A stretch of 63,782 nucleotides of DNA, the filler included, from Collodictyon triciliatum (taxonomy: Eukaryota), in assembly GCA_043381765.1 (NCBI GenBank). It is 11 parts of 11 records of this genome, joined end to end, with 100 filler letters (N's around TTAATTAATTAA, not from the genome) between each part and the next. Parts side by side here need not be neighbours in the genome. Positions count along the whole stretch, not along the records: positions 18,581 to 24,673 come from JBHJMP010004717.1; positions 24,774 to 30,867 come from JBHJMP010004718.1; positions 30,968 to 37,053 come from JBHJMP010004719.1; 8 more parts are not named here. One strand, 5' to 3'. The notes under the pieces were generated by a model. It was not told the origin of the DNA. It saw nothing but the letters and a program-made list of their open reading frames with translations, and did not search any database. Shown piece after piece: positions 18,679 through 34,900 of the stretch. The position numbers were made by a program, and so were the translations under genes. Positions within the stretch are counted from its first letter, which is position 1; each line of letters starts with the position of its first letter.

Positions 18679-21600
18679 ACATCAACACATTGTGTGGCAA
18701 TATCATCCAAACTGTGCATCACCTCAAAAATATCAATTGACTCACTGATATTAAAACGAAGCAATTGACGTTTAAATAAGGATATTAATGCATCATCAAT
18801 TTATTTCTGTTTTTATATTTGAATATAGAATATGTTTGAACGAAAACATCTATTTTTCTTTATTATAGGAGTCAGTTTACTTTTGGATATCAGAATTGTA
18901 AATGTTTTTTCTTGAATCGAATAAGGTTGTTTTTTTTTTTAAAAAAAAATTAAATAAATTACACTTCGACTGGCTGTCCGTGAACCCCTGCAATCTCTAA
19001 TACTATGTTAGCATAATGATCTCCGGCAATTACCAAATTGTTAGAATCTTTCAAAACGTCTGCTAGCCTTAGTGTCATCGCAAGCACATGAGGATGTGAT
19101 GTACCATATATACTAGTCCTGGGTAAATGGTTCATTTTTATTTTATTTTATTATTCTTCTTTTTTTTTTTTTTTTTACTTAAACAACATATTTGGTAGTA
19201 TGTCATGTTTAAATTTTCTATGAACGAAATAACCTTTGTCGAATTTCTTGCACAAGAAAGTCTATTGTTTGCTCATCAGATTTAGCCATCAGTGGCCTTA
19301 CAGATCCTGTTATTTCCAGTTTGCCCAACCCTAGGGTATGGTGTTCCTATGATTCTCGTGTTAATTTTATTACGAAAGAGAGAATCAAGACCTTTCTATT
19401 TGCAATTCCAACCCGTAATGCACTTTTTTAACCCCCAGAACACTTATTAGAATCAACTAAATCCTACAAATGTGCTTTCCTGTTTGCTTCCAGATCTCGG
19501 AGTCGAAGAATCTATATTGGTAAGTATGGTTTTGATGTTTTTTTTAGATAAATATATTTTCTTTTGTTATTGGTTTATATAAAAAAAATCATATTGTTCA
19601 TGTGCGGTTTTTATTTTTATACTTTGCTTGTTTTTAATCAAAAGAATCCATCGATATAATAATACTAATCATAATACTCTTAGTAAATAAATCAATAAAT
19701 GAATGAAATGGAAAAAAAGAAACTTTTATGAGTACATTCATTTCCAAACTGGGGTATGTCAACTATGTGTCCTGCTCTTGCTTGTTTTAAATAAGTGTGT
19801 TGCTGTTCAGATTTCGATACTGCGCCTGTGGCAAATGATTGATTTGTTGAACTCTGAATATCTTTCGGCAGCTGGCGAGGCACCGGTGGTGTCTGGATTA
19901 CCCCAGGGATAGCAGTTGAAGCACCGACCAGAACAGGGTTTTCACGAACTGGGGTTGCTTCATAAAGTAAATTAGAGAGGTCGAGTCTAGCACCTTGTTC
20001 TGGCGAGCGAAAGGACACTTGGGCTTGAAGAGCGTTCGTATCTGAGCTAATTTTCTCTCCAGGTATCTTGTGGTTCCGTCCCGGTGAGGAAGAAACCCTT
20101 CTTTCTGGCGTCGAACGAAATGGGGACGGACGCCGAAGTGTCGATGGCGAAGACGTTCCCTGGAGCTTTTGTGGTGGTAACCCAGTTCTGCGAGGAAAAT
20201 TCCGGTCTATGCAGGACGTATATTTATCAATAAACATATATTGCAACCGAATAAATGGATTTTATGGCGATTCACGGTTCTTATTTCCCGACCTGAAGGT
20301 GGTGTGTTCATGCCTTCTGTGGCTTTTGTTTTCGAAGTGGGTTGTTTATTCGGATGCAATATATCTACTAGGTAATCGAGCATCCATTGACTTGCAATTA
20401 TTATACCAAGCTGTTGGATTTTTGACGTTGTAGAGAAGGATATTTCTTCACCAAAAAAATCGCTTGATTTTCTAGACGATATTAATTGTATGTATTACTC
20501 TGTTATTCTAAAAAAAAATTTAAAAATTTAAAAATTTAAAAGAAAATAAGAAAAAGACAAAAAAGTATCCAATAAAAAAAAAAAAACAAGAATACCATGG
20601 TTTCTCAAGTCATCTATCTATATATAGAGAGATAACTGTTTATGTATTTTTTTTGTGTAATTGATTATAACGAATGAATGATGGTCCTAACCCTCCCGTT
20701 TCTCTTCCGAAAAGATAAGCCAAAATTCGGATGCATATGGTAGTATGCGCTGCAAGAAGATTATTCAACAGTAATTTGCGATGAAAGAATGGATTATCTG
20801 AAAGAAAGAGAAAACGGCTACTTCATCTATAATATTACCAGGGCAATTGGAGAACACCTCAATAAATCCTTCCACTCTACCAGAGGCCATGTGTATCAAC
20901 CCATCGAGAGAATATGTACAAATTGTTTTGGCTACAAATTAAGTATATCATAGTCAATTTCCCTGACTTCAACAGAGGGAGATAGGGGTTGTTTGTTTTC
21001 CTAGGATGAAGGGAGGATATTACTTGAGTGTTGCATTATTCAAAGTAAATACGGAGGGGAATAGTAAACAAAAAGTATACTTTTTGAGCGCAATTTGACG
21101 TGTTCGATAATGGGATTTGATAAAGCTCGTTTGATGCAACATATCACTGTGGCCTACATTTTTGCCAAATGTATATAATAAATGCTAAGATCAGCTATCT
21201 TTGTAAAATTTAAATGTAGTATTTGATTGCTAATTCTGACATATGGTTCTTTACAATTATCTGAAATGAGTAGATAAAGCCAATGAAAGACCGAATGCAA
21301 TCAAAACCATCTGATTCTCACATGTTCTACTTGATTAATTAAGCTTGCATTTAAAGGCTGTTCGCTCATGTCAGATAGAAAATATCTAAAAGCACCATGT
21401 CCTCTAATGGCATACTGGAGGTAACCTTTGTCTGTGATTTACCAAGCATGCGTACAAACGTAAAATTTACTCTTGTGAAAACTGATGGGGTGGTGGGGGG
21501 GTTGTTTTTGATATTACCATGAAACCATGTCTAAAAATTGTAAAATAAGATGGAAATAGTATGAAATGTTTCTACTCTGATTGTATTTGATCGAAATGTA

Positions 21601-24080
21601 CGTTGATATTACCATGCTGTTCCTCCAGATGACCAGGAACTGGGCGAATTCCATTCGGACAGAACAATATTCCCATAGTTGGTGTGGACTTATTCAAAAG
21701 AGCCAAAGAAATGGAGTACTGGTTTGAAAAAAAAATACGAGATATTCAGTTTAGGTATGATGCCATATTCTAAAGTAATCATGAAAAATATGCTAAACTT
21801 ATCAGATAAGAAGGACATTACTGGCTGATGACGTGAAAAGCACTCAAAATTATCAATAGGGTCAACAATCCACATCCTTCTGTCTTCATGCAATCTATTT
21901 CGTCAATAATTCCTTAATAAAACCGTCAAACTTATTTTTTTTATTGGATATGGCTTATTTATTTATTTGATCATAGCACATTTACTTTGAGTGTTCCCAA
22001 TCGACTTGGACAGAGATCTGTGCTTTGTAATACAGATAGTAAAAGAAAATAATCATAGATTGTTTAGTTTGTATATCAAAAGTTCGTTTCAAGTGCTGAT
22101 TCGGAAATGGTACGATAATACCTCGTGCTCAATAAATTCTTCTTTAATTCCGTGAAGGATTTTGGATAACTCGTATCTCAGTTGCCTTTCTATGTTAAGA
22201 AATATACCTTAATCGAACTTATACACGTAACGCAAATATATGTTTATGATTGAATTATTACTTTTCTCGGATGATAAAGAGTGTGTCTCCAATTGACCAT
22301 GAACCAAATCACTTGGGAAGACGCTTTGAATTAAGAAACTGGCGTATATCTATCGATTTATGTTATTAAATCACATCACCCATATTACTGATCACTGAAT
22401 TAAACAGCAGATTAGTCAGTGGAATATGCGCTTACCTGAAGTGAATATTTCACTGCAATTTCGAATATATCCTGACTGATATACGTACTTTCTTTGGATG
22501 AAATATCCAAGATGTGCTGTTTAGAAGTTATATGGGTTTGTAAGATTATGTGGCTATCCTATATTGAATCAATTACAGGGGAAATACATAGTCACCTGCA
22601 TGCTATTTTTTTAACTTTATTTTATGAAGTTATGTGATAATATCCGCACAAAAACTCACTTATGGGATAGTATAGGTAGGGTAAATCTTAGATATGGATT
22701 ACCTCCGCAAGATTTGCTGTTTGGGTGACTGTAATGATACCAACAGCTTTTTCCAGTAGATACGAAGGTGTGGAACCGCGACTTCTCTTTAATTGTAGAA
22801 AACGTAATGAAGCATTTACTTGCTTAGTAGCAATGATGAATACATTTATCTCAAAGTTAGTTCATACCATGAGAAGGTCCATCATACGATGACAAGGAGA
22901 GTCTCCAAATTTGGACTCAATTTTCACTGGAGCCTGTACTATCTCATGCGAGAGGCCACTGGAAAGAAATACGAAGAATGTATGAACATCTTCATGTTCG
23001 ATAGCTAGATCCAAGGCCGTCTTTCTGTTGTGCGAATATAAATAATGGGATAGGTGACATACTTTCTCCTTTATGGTATCTGTAAAAATCTAAATATGAG
23101 TCATTTAGCTCGCAATTAAGATTATAACACCGCAGCAATATAATTGAATATTAATTTCAATTTTAATGGCATATTAATGTTTGTTTGTTTGGTTTGTTTG
23201 TTTGTTTTTACCCATCTTCTCTGGGTAGATTAATATTTGCACCATATTCGATAAGAAGGCGAGCACAGTCAGAATATTTTAAAGTTACGGCAATCATCAA
23301 CGGAGTGTTCTTTGGTGATTTCTTCATCGGAATATTCGAATCAGCTTTATGCTCCAATAAGCATAGTATACTAAGTTGTAAAAGAGCAGTAGCGATTACT
23401 AAGAAGAAGGGGCTGTATTAAACTTACGGTTTTTTTTTTAATAATAATTGTTCAAGTGATTGTTCTTGAATCATGAATAATAATACGAGAAAGCACTCGA
23501 ATGTGTGCATGACACTACATTAGTGTTAATATGTTTATACTTTTCAATTTTAATTGTGGGAATGGAAAGATGCAGAGGGGTGAGCCCATCATTGTTCAAA
23601 TGGTTTGGGTCAGCACCAGCGAGTAGCAGGGTCTTCATGCAATCCAAATGACCTTCATGACACGCCTATTCAACAAACAAATGAATCAGGTGGTCTTAGC
23701 TTACTCTTTGACATAGCGGTCACAGAAAATATTATGTGGGCGATATTATATTTATAAGTGCGACAAAATAAGAAATTTGAATAAGAGAAAAAAAAAAGAC
23801 CCATGAAAGTGCAGTGTTATGATGCGAATCAACACCAGCTATCATCTTATATTTTTCCTCAGGCATATTTTCGATAATCCGGGTTAGCATTTCATTATCC
23901 CCTTTTTTAGCTGCGTGAATGAACTCTCGAATATTTCCTTGAATAATTTAGGTAGATAAATTCAAATAACTAAAATTATTTTCTGTACGTTGGGTTATAT
24001 CACTAAAAAAAAAAAAAAAAAGTTGAAATTGCTCATTAGATAATGTGTAATAATTCTAAGATGGTTTCATGTCCTCGTTC

Positions 24081-24176
<96 letters not shown>

Positions 24177-24384
24177 TCTCAACAACTTTGAATTAAATAA
24201 TAATTATTTGGTAGAGGGAAAGTGTTGACAGAACTTTTCATTAGATTTTTAGCTTATTAAAAATTGCAACATGATTGATTTTGTTCTTCTTTTTTCGCAA
24301 ATCGGTCCGATAATAGACACCGAAACGAAACGTACCCTGCGCAACAGCATCTTCGATTGTGGCGTGCGAGTGAGAACCGCCCAT
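18679..24384 (-). CDS. Multidomain protein: MGxxxS N-terminus, ankyrin repeats, degenerate HAL2/SAL1-like (inositol monophosphatase fold) domain, S/P-rich linker, TPR-like C-terminus; 3' partial
   Basis: Start MGGSHSH. Ankyrin exons FIHAAKKGDNEML..NTALSW, LLLAGADPNHLNNDGLTPLH, NTPLMIAV..ARLLIEYGANIN, KTALDLA. Then KYSLQIYASFLIQSVFPSDLVHGQ, RMWIVDPID, IRGHGAF. Then SIYGTSHPHVLAMTLRLADVL and VMHSLDDIA. Some middle exons were not resolved. Confidence 0.62.
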
Positions 24385-24717
24385 GGCTGCTTTAACAAAT
24401 ACAATTTCAGTATATATTAAGCCTTGCACAACATGCCTCTTCTTTTTTTTCTTTTTGACGGGGATACCAAGAGTCGAACAAAGAAATAGTGTTTGAAAAT
24501 TGTGCAGATATGAACGAGAAGAGGATCAAAAAAATGTAGGACGACTTTATTCTCGCATGCATATGCAATATAAAATACAAAACAACTATATAAAAACAAC
24601 AAAAACAAAAACAAAAACAAAAACAAAAACAAAAACAAAAACAAAAAACAAAAAAACAAAAAAACAGAAAAACNNNNNNNNNNNNNNNNNNNNNNNNNNN
24701 NNNNNNNNNNNNNNNNN

Positions 24718-24729
24718 TTAATTAATTAA
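24718..24729. other. Artificial contig-joining spacer
   Basis: TTAATTAATTAA between N runs. Confidence 0.97.
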
Positions 24730-24773
24730 NNNNNNNNNNNNNNNNNNNNNNNNNNNNNNNNNNNNNNNNNNNN

Positions 24774-27647
<2,874 letters not shown>

Positions 27648-28195
27648 CCATGATTGGCAATCGGAGTAACGCAAACGCTGTTGCGTTGAATGTGGCGTCT
27701 CTCACGGAGATGCGAGTCTCTTTTTTCTTCTTTCTTTCTTTTTTTCTTTCTTTTTTTCTTTATTTTTTTCTTTATTTTTTTCTTTATTTTTTTCTTTATT
27801 TTTTTCTTTATTTTTCTTTTCTTTTCTTTTCTTTTTACTTTCTTTCTTTCTTTCTTATTTTCTTTCTTTCTTTCTTTCTTTCTTTCTATTGTTCAGGCAT
27901 GTAAAGAAATAAACGGATTTGTGTGATTTCCGAGCCACCGAAAAACGGGATGCATCCAGACGGATTATTAAAACTGTTGCTACCACATCGATTGGATTAT
28001 TCAACCAAATATTAATAAACGTTCTTGAGCAAGCTGTGTTGCTTTCATCGATTTTATAAGGAATGATGATTGGAACCGAATATGCATAGTGAATCCGTGA
28101 ACTTGATTTTGTATACTTTTGTGATTTCTTTTCTTCCTTCTACGCCCCTTGTATTAATCACCGGCTGTGCTCGTAGGCGGGCGGTTGTTGATGCG

Positions 28196-29699
28196 CTAAT
28201 GGGCTTTTCTTGCGATGATTCGAGCACCGCCGAGATTTCCACCCTCGAAAAGCTGCGGGATTCGCTGGTAAAAGTATTCCAGTCCATTGACAACGTCTGC
28301 ACCGTGTATTTCAACCAAGTCGCTTCTCCTGGAATCACGTAGCTTTATTTAGCAACTTATTATATTGTCTACATTTTTTTTTATTTTGCGAGTGTATTTT
28401 CTAGATATTCTTTTATAGATAAAAAAAATCAGCCCTTTGTATGGAATGAGTGCGTGCATTTGTTTAGTCAGTGATAGTTAGACTGAAAAGGAGAGCAAAG
28501 GCAAAAGTAAAGTAAACCCAAAAGAAAAGAAAATAAAATAGAGGCATATATATTCAAAGAAGACTTGGACATGTGCGAGGTGGTCCATCTGAAAAAGATT
28601 AAGTGGGGGAGTAAGTACCTGCTTTGCCACTTTTGAACACGGCGGCGGGTATAGTCAGTCCATGACTGTGTCATATCAACAAACTGTAGATGGAAAGGAA
28701 ATATGGATAAGAATCAGATGCACCGCCGTTTCACATAGCATGTAAAGAGAGATATGTTGATTTAAATAATGGTGGGAAAAAAAGTTGGTAAGCTTATGTA
28801 TAATTCTGTAGAAAGGGCAGGAAGTTTACAGTTGTATACACGAGAATAAAATGTTGAATTTTAGTATATGAAATACTTGAATATCCACAAATCCTGCTTT
28901 TTGCAAGTCTTCCACGTATTGTGCGTGTGTTGGGAGGTAGTGGCAAAAAACATCGTCCTTCAGAATCTCGCGTTCCTTTGATAAAAGATGTATATGTAAA
29001 TTGCTATGTATTTTCAGCCGTAACACACATTATTTGAATAAGTTATTCTGCTAATTGTGTGTTACAATTTATATCGTTAGATTGTTGTTGGATTTAAAAT
29101 AGATAAAGTAATTTAGAATCATCCAAAAAGTAAAAAGCACTGTTTCGGTGAACGCATTGATAGAGTAAAAATCCTCAGCAAACAAGTAGCCCCCAGGTTT
29201 TAGGATTTCGAAGCACTGAAGAAAGAAAAAGTGGTGATTACGATGTTTTGTCATTTCTTTGAAAATCAGAAACTAAGCAGAGTTTTTTTTTACACCCCTT
29301 CTTTTTCTAATATAATTTTGGTCTAAATGATATTTGTAATTGTGTCTGATATTGTCAAACCGATTGGAACAGAGATGCTCGGTCAGGTATGTGAAGGAAA
29401 GTTAGCCAGGAAACAATGCTATCGTAGTAATTCAATCGCAAGTGCTGCGTGTGATGGGTGAGTATAGATAATAGAAATCGGTAAAAAAAAAAAAAAATTA
29501 CGAAATACTGCTCGGTTGACACTGATTATTGGAAGAGGTGAATCAGAAAGGCAACAGTAAATGTAATAAAAAAAAATAATGCATACCTTCGATATTGCCA
29601 AAAAGTCCCCGGCGATATGATGAACTTTTCCAGAAAGACCACAGCGCGATGTTATCTATTTAGTATTGCTAAAAATCAGGCCAGTTGAAAGAGAAAAAC

Positions 29700-29755
<56 letters not shown>

Positions 29756-30509
29756 ACATTGAAAATGAGAAGCTATGAGGTAGTAGAAATGGTGATGAAA
29801 ATCAACGTAAACGATATAGATTGTAAAATTTTGAAAACCAAACCTCGGATGCGGTCGAATGTAAGTCGTCCTGTACCTCGACAGCCAAAACTTGGGCGCT
29901 GTGTTTTCCGGCGAAATATCTATGTGAAGCACCAACTTGAATGATTGTTTGGCATGAAAAGAAAAGACAGAAGAAAGGAGCACAGAGCTATTGAAAATAT
30001 TTTCATGGCGATGAAACTCAAAAATCATCAGACCTTGCCGCACCACCGAGTCCCGACCCAACATTGATGACACTTTTTTTTAGAAGAAAGTATAATTTAT
30101 GAACCCGTTTTTCAACAAGTGAATAAATAATTACAAAGAAATATCTGAACACTTATTTTTTGTTTGATTGGAATGGTACTTTTGGTCTTTTGTCAGATTG
30201 ATTGCAGCAATACATTCTTCTGTCCCGCCTAGTTCAAAGTAATGGTGCTTTGAAGAGGGTATTTTAGAAGTGGAAGAGAAAGATTGTTAGCTTGCTGACT
30301 AGACAAACGTATACTCTTTGATGTCACCCGCATTCGATAAAATAATTCGCTCCGATTCAAAAATGGGAACTGAGGGATCTGTTTGTATTAGTCCTGGCTG
30401 ACTTACCTGGTCATAAGGAAGAACATCCTCAAAGCTCAGGCTGCCATTTGCCTTTCCGGCCTGGCGTAATTCGTTGTAGATATATGTGACAAGCTCTGGC
30501 TTTTGATAT
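28196..30509 (-). CDS. Class I SAM-dependent small-molecule methyltransferase (sarcosine/dimethylglycine N-methyltransferase-like), 5' partial
   Basis: Exons give EDVLPYDQHHYFELGG, motif I VINVGSGLGGAAR, IAGDFL, WLTFLHIPDRASLF, LKPGGYLFAEDF, YVEDLQKAGFVDIQFVDMT and end FYQRIPQLFEGGNLGGARIIARKAH*. Confidence 0.85.
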
Positions 30510-30911
30510 CTATTAGAGCATCAAACAAAAAATAGTAAACAAGTTTGTATAGCCAGCTTCAGAAACTGCGCTACTATTTAAATTAATTTTTGAGGCTCCG
30601 TTCAAGTAGATATATCTTTAATTGAATTCATTACATGAATTAATTCTTTTATTATCTTTTTTTATATTGTCTTTTGATTGCTGTTTTTATTGTCTTTTTT
30701 ATTGTCTTTTTTATTGTCTTTTTTATTGTCTTTTTTATTGTCTTTTTTATTGTCTTTTTTATTGTCTTTTTTATTGTCTTTTTATTGTCTTTTTATTGTC
30801 TTTTTATTGTCTTTTTATTGTCTTTTTATTGTCTTTTTATTGTCTTTTTATTGTCTTTTTATTGTCANNNNNNNNNNNNNNNNNNNNNNNNNNNNNNNNN
30901 NNNNNNNNNNN

Positions 30912-30923
30912 TTAATTAATTAA
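30912..30923. other. Artificial contig-joining spacer
   Basis: TTAATTAATTAA between N runs. Confidence 0.97.
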
Positions 30924-30967
30924 NNNNNNNNNNNNNNNNNNNNNNNNNNNNNNNNNNNNNNNNNNNN

Positions 30968-31038
<71 letters not shown>

Positions 31039-31919
31039 CGCATCTTTGGCGTGATTGGTTCGAAAGTGGTGATTTTTTGGAAATTAATCTCGTAACGGAA
31101 ATCCATATATATATGGAATTCAGTTGTGGAAATTATTAAAATGATCACATATTTTTATTATTATACAAATAATTCCAATAATTCTTCTCAAAAGATGCAT
31201 TCAGACAATTTTTTACCAATATTACAAGTTTTCATGCTAACGCATCGCCGGTTGTCAAAATCCTCGCAATTACTCTGCGGCGATATTGGCGCGACAGTTT
31301 GATCCTTCTAGTCAAGAAACAACAGCATGTAAGAAAAAAGAAAAAGGCGGCCAACACGATAGAGACAAAAGGCATAAACATCACAAGAGCAGGAACTAAA
31401 GCTAACACATAATGAAGACAAGAAACAAGCAGCAATTATGATGAAGCCACCAAGAGAGTAAAATTATAATAAATATAAAATAAAATAATATAAAAACTGA
31501 AAGTTGTAAACGAAGCGGGGGATATTCCTCAAGTAACGCCCATCAAGAAAATCGATCATTCCAACTCAATTATGGCGGTCAAAACCAACATTTTATTCTG
31601 CAAAAGAAAAATGTTTTTTTCAGTCACACTTCTTTCTGGCTCTGTTTCATCCTTATTTTCTTATATCACTAGTCATCTGGCCGACGGCGCCTTATTTTAT
31701 TTTATTTTATTTTATTTTTTATTTTATTTTTTATTTTATTTTATTTTTATTTTATTTTTTATTTTATTTTTTATTTTATTTTTTTATTTTATTTTTTATT
31801 ATATTTTTTTATTTTTTTATTTTTATTTTTTTATTTTTTTATTTTTTTATTTTTTTATTTTTTTTATTTTTTTATTTTATTTTATTTGTAGATCTCTAAA
31901 AGCCAGCGCCCTTGCCCGG

Positions 31920-34900
31920 ATGAAAAAACTATTCGGAAAGTTAGTGAAAAAGTCTGCCTCAGAAGCATCTCCAGCAGAGGTACCAAAAATAACCCAACAA
32001 AAGGACGAAATAACGAATTCTGTTATCCTACTTATCTATTCGATAGAGAAGAAAACAGCAAACAAAGCCACAAAAAATGAAGCAAGGCAGGCCAAGGCCG
32101 CTTGTCTCCTCTTTAGCTTTGAAGAAAACAAAAGGAAACAAAAGGAAACAAAAGGAAACAAAAGGAAACAAAAGAAAAAGGAAATAAAAAAAGTAAAAAG
32201 AGAAAGAGAAATCAGGGGAGTCTTTGTGATACATGAACGAGCCATTTTTGCATCGAGTCTTCATCTCTTGCTGTTCCTTATGAAACGAGCTGGTGACAAT
32301 AGGATCCCAACCAAAGCAATGCTGCAGAGCCGAGTTCCCCAAAATCAGCACAGAAGGGCAAAGCAAACGAGGGCGATTCGTCCAGCGATCAAGCCGCCAG
32401 CCCACCGACAGAGATCGAGACAAAACCAAAGTCGACATCCTTTTTGAAGAGCTTTACCCGAAAAATGAGTCGAAAGAAGTCGAGTGTGGGAACTGACCAA
32501 GCAGAATCATCTCTTGGCACAAGCTACTCCGCCCAGTCGATGGCTGATGTACTATTCATTTATTAATTGAGGCCTTCCCCTATATATTGTTCTCGTGCAT
32601 CCTGATACTGAATTTATTTTCATTGTGAAACTCTAATGGACTGTTTTTTTTTTTGTTTCCTTGCGCTTTGATTTTTTTTGTATTTTTTGTATTTTTTTGT
32701 ATTTTTTTGTATTTTTTTGTATTTTTTTGTATTTTTTTGTATTTTTTTGTATTTTTTTTTGTATTTTTCGTTTTCAATAAACAGGAGAGTGTAGAGGTTG
32801 AATCTCTGCCAGCTAGTTCTTCGAAACCTGCTGGTGGTGAAGTAGAGTCGTCCCTTGAAGTGAACCAAGTACCTGCAACAGAACCATTATCCAAATCACC
32901 AGATGCAACTGAAAAGCACGATATTGTCGAAGAACCCAAGGCTGAGGCCGTCGAAGAACCCAAGGTTGATGTTGTTGAAGAAGCTAAGGCTGAAGTTGAA
33001 GAACCCAAGGTCGAAGCTGTTGAAGAACCCAAGGTCGAAGTTGTCGAATTCAAGGCTAAAGCTGTAGAACCCAAGGCTGAAGCTGCCGAAGAATCCAAGG
33101 CTAAAGCTGTTGAAGAACCCAAGGTCGAAGTTGTCGAAGAACCCAAGGTTGAAGCTGTTGAAGAACCCAAGGCTAAAGCTATTGAAGAACCCAAGGTCGA
33201 AGTTGTCGAAGAACCCAAGGTTGAGGCTGTTGAAGAACCCAAAGTAGAAGTTGTTGAGGAGCCCAAACCAGAAGTTGTCGAAGAACCCAAGGCTGAGGCT
33301 GTCGAAGAACCCAAGGTCGAAGTTGTTGAAGAACCCAAGGCTGAGGCTGTTGAAGAACCCAAACCAGAAGTTGTCGAAGAACCCAAGGCTGAAGCTGTTG
33401 AAGAACCCAAGGCTGAAGCTGTTGATGAACCCAAGGTCGAAGTTGAAGAGCCCAAAGTTGAAGTTGTCGAAGAACCCAAGGTTGAAGCTGTTGAAGAACC
33501 CAAAGTAGAAGTAGTTGAACAATGCAAGGTCGAAGCTATCGAAGAACCCAAGGTCGAGGTTGTTCAACAACCCAAGGCTGAAGCTGTTGAAGAATCCAAG
33601 GTCGAAGCTATCGAAGAACCCAAGGTCGAGGTTGTTGAAGAACCCAAGGTTGAGGCTGTCGAAGAATCCAAAGTTGAAGTTGTTGGAGAATCCAAGGCTG
33701 AGATTGTCGAAGAACCCAAGGTTGAAGCTGTTGAAGAACCCAAAGTAGAGGTTGTTGATGAACCCAAGACCGAGGTTGTTAAAGAATCCAAGGCTGAAGT
33801 TGTTGAAGAACCCAAAGTAGAGGTTGTTGATGAACCCAAGGCTGAAGTTGTTGAAGAACCCAAGGTCGAGGTTGTTCAACAACCCAAGGCCGATGTTGTC
33901 GAAGAACCCAAGGCTGAAGCTGTTGAAGAGCCCAAGGTTGAAGCTGTCGAAGAACCCAAGGCTGAAGCTGTTGAAGAACCCAAGGTCGAGGTTGTCGAGG
34001 AACCCAAGGCTGAAGCTGTCGAAGAATCCAAAGTTGAAGTTGTTGGAGAATCCAAGGCTGAGATTGTCGAAGAACCCAAGGTTGAGGCTGTTGAAGAACC
34101 CAAGGCTGAAGCTGTTGAAGAACCCAAGGTTGAAGTTGTTGAAGAACCCAAAGTAGAGGTTGTTGATGAAGCTAAGGCTGAGGTTGTTGATGAACCCAAG
34201 GTTGAAGCTGTCGAAGAACCCAAGGTCGAAGTTGTTGAGGAGCCCAAGGCCGAGGCTGTTGAAGAACCCAAGGTCGAAGTTGTCGAAGAACCCAAGGTTG
34301 AGGCTGTTGAAGAACCCAAGACCGAGGCTGTCGATGAACCCAAGGTTGAGGCTGTCGAAGAATCCAAAGTTGAAGTTGTCGAAGAACCCAAGATTGAGGT
34401 TGTTGAAGAACCCAAGGCTGAAGCTGTTGAAGAACCCAAGACTGAGGCTGTTGATGAACCCAAGGTTGAAGCTGTTGAAGAACCTAAGGCTGAGGTTGTT
34501 GAAGAACCCAAGGCTGAGGCTGTTGATGAACCCAAGGTTGAGGCTGTTGAAGAACCCAAGACCGAGGCTGTCGATGAACCCAAGGTTGAGGCTGTCGAAG
34601 AATCCAAAGTCGAAGTTGTCGAAGAACCCAAGGCTGAAGCTGTTGAAGAACCCAAGACTGAGGCTGTTGATGAACCCAAGGTTGAAGCTGTTGAAGAACC
34701 TAAGGCTGAGGCTGTTGAAGAATCCAAGGCTGAGGCTGTTGATGAACCCAAGGCTGAAGCTGTTGAAGAACCCAAGGCTGAGGCTGTTGAAGAACCCAAG
34801 GTTGAAGCTGTCGAAGAACCCAAGGTTGAGGTTGTTGAAGAACCTAAGGTCGAGGCCGTTGAAGAATCCAAGGCTGAGGCTGTTGAAGAACCCAAGGTTG

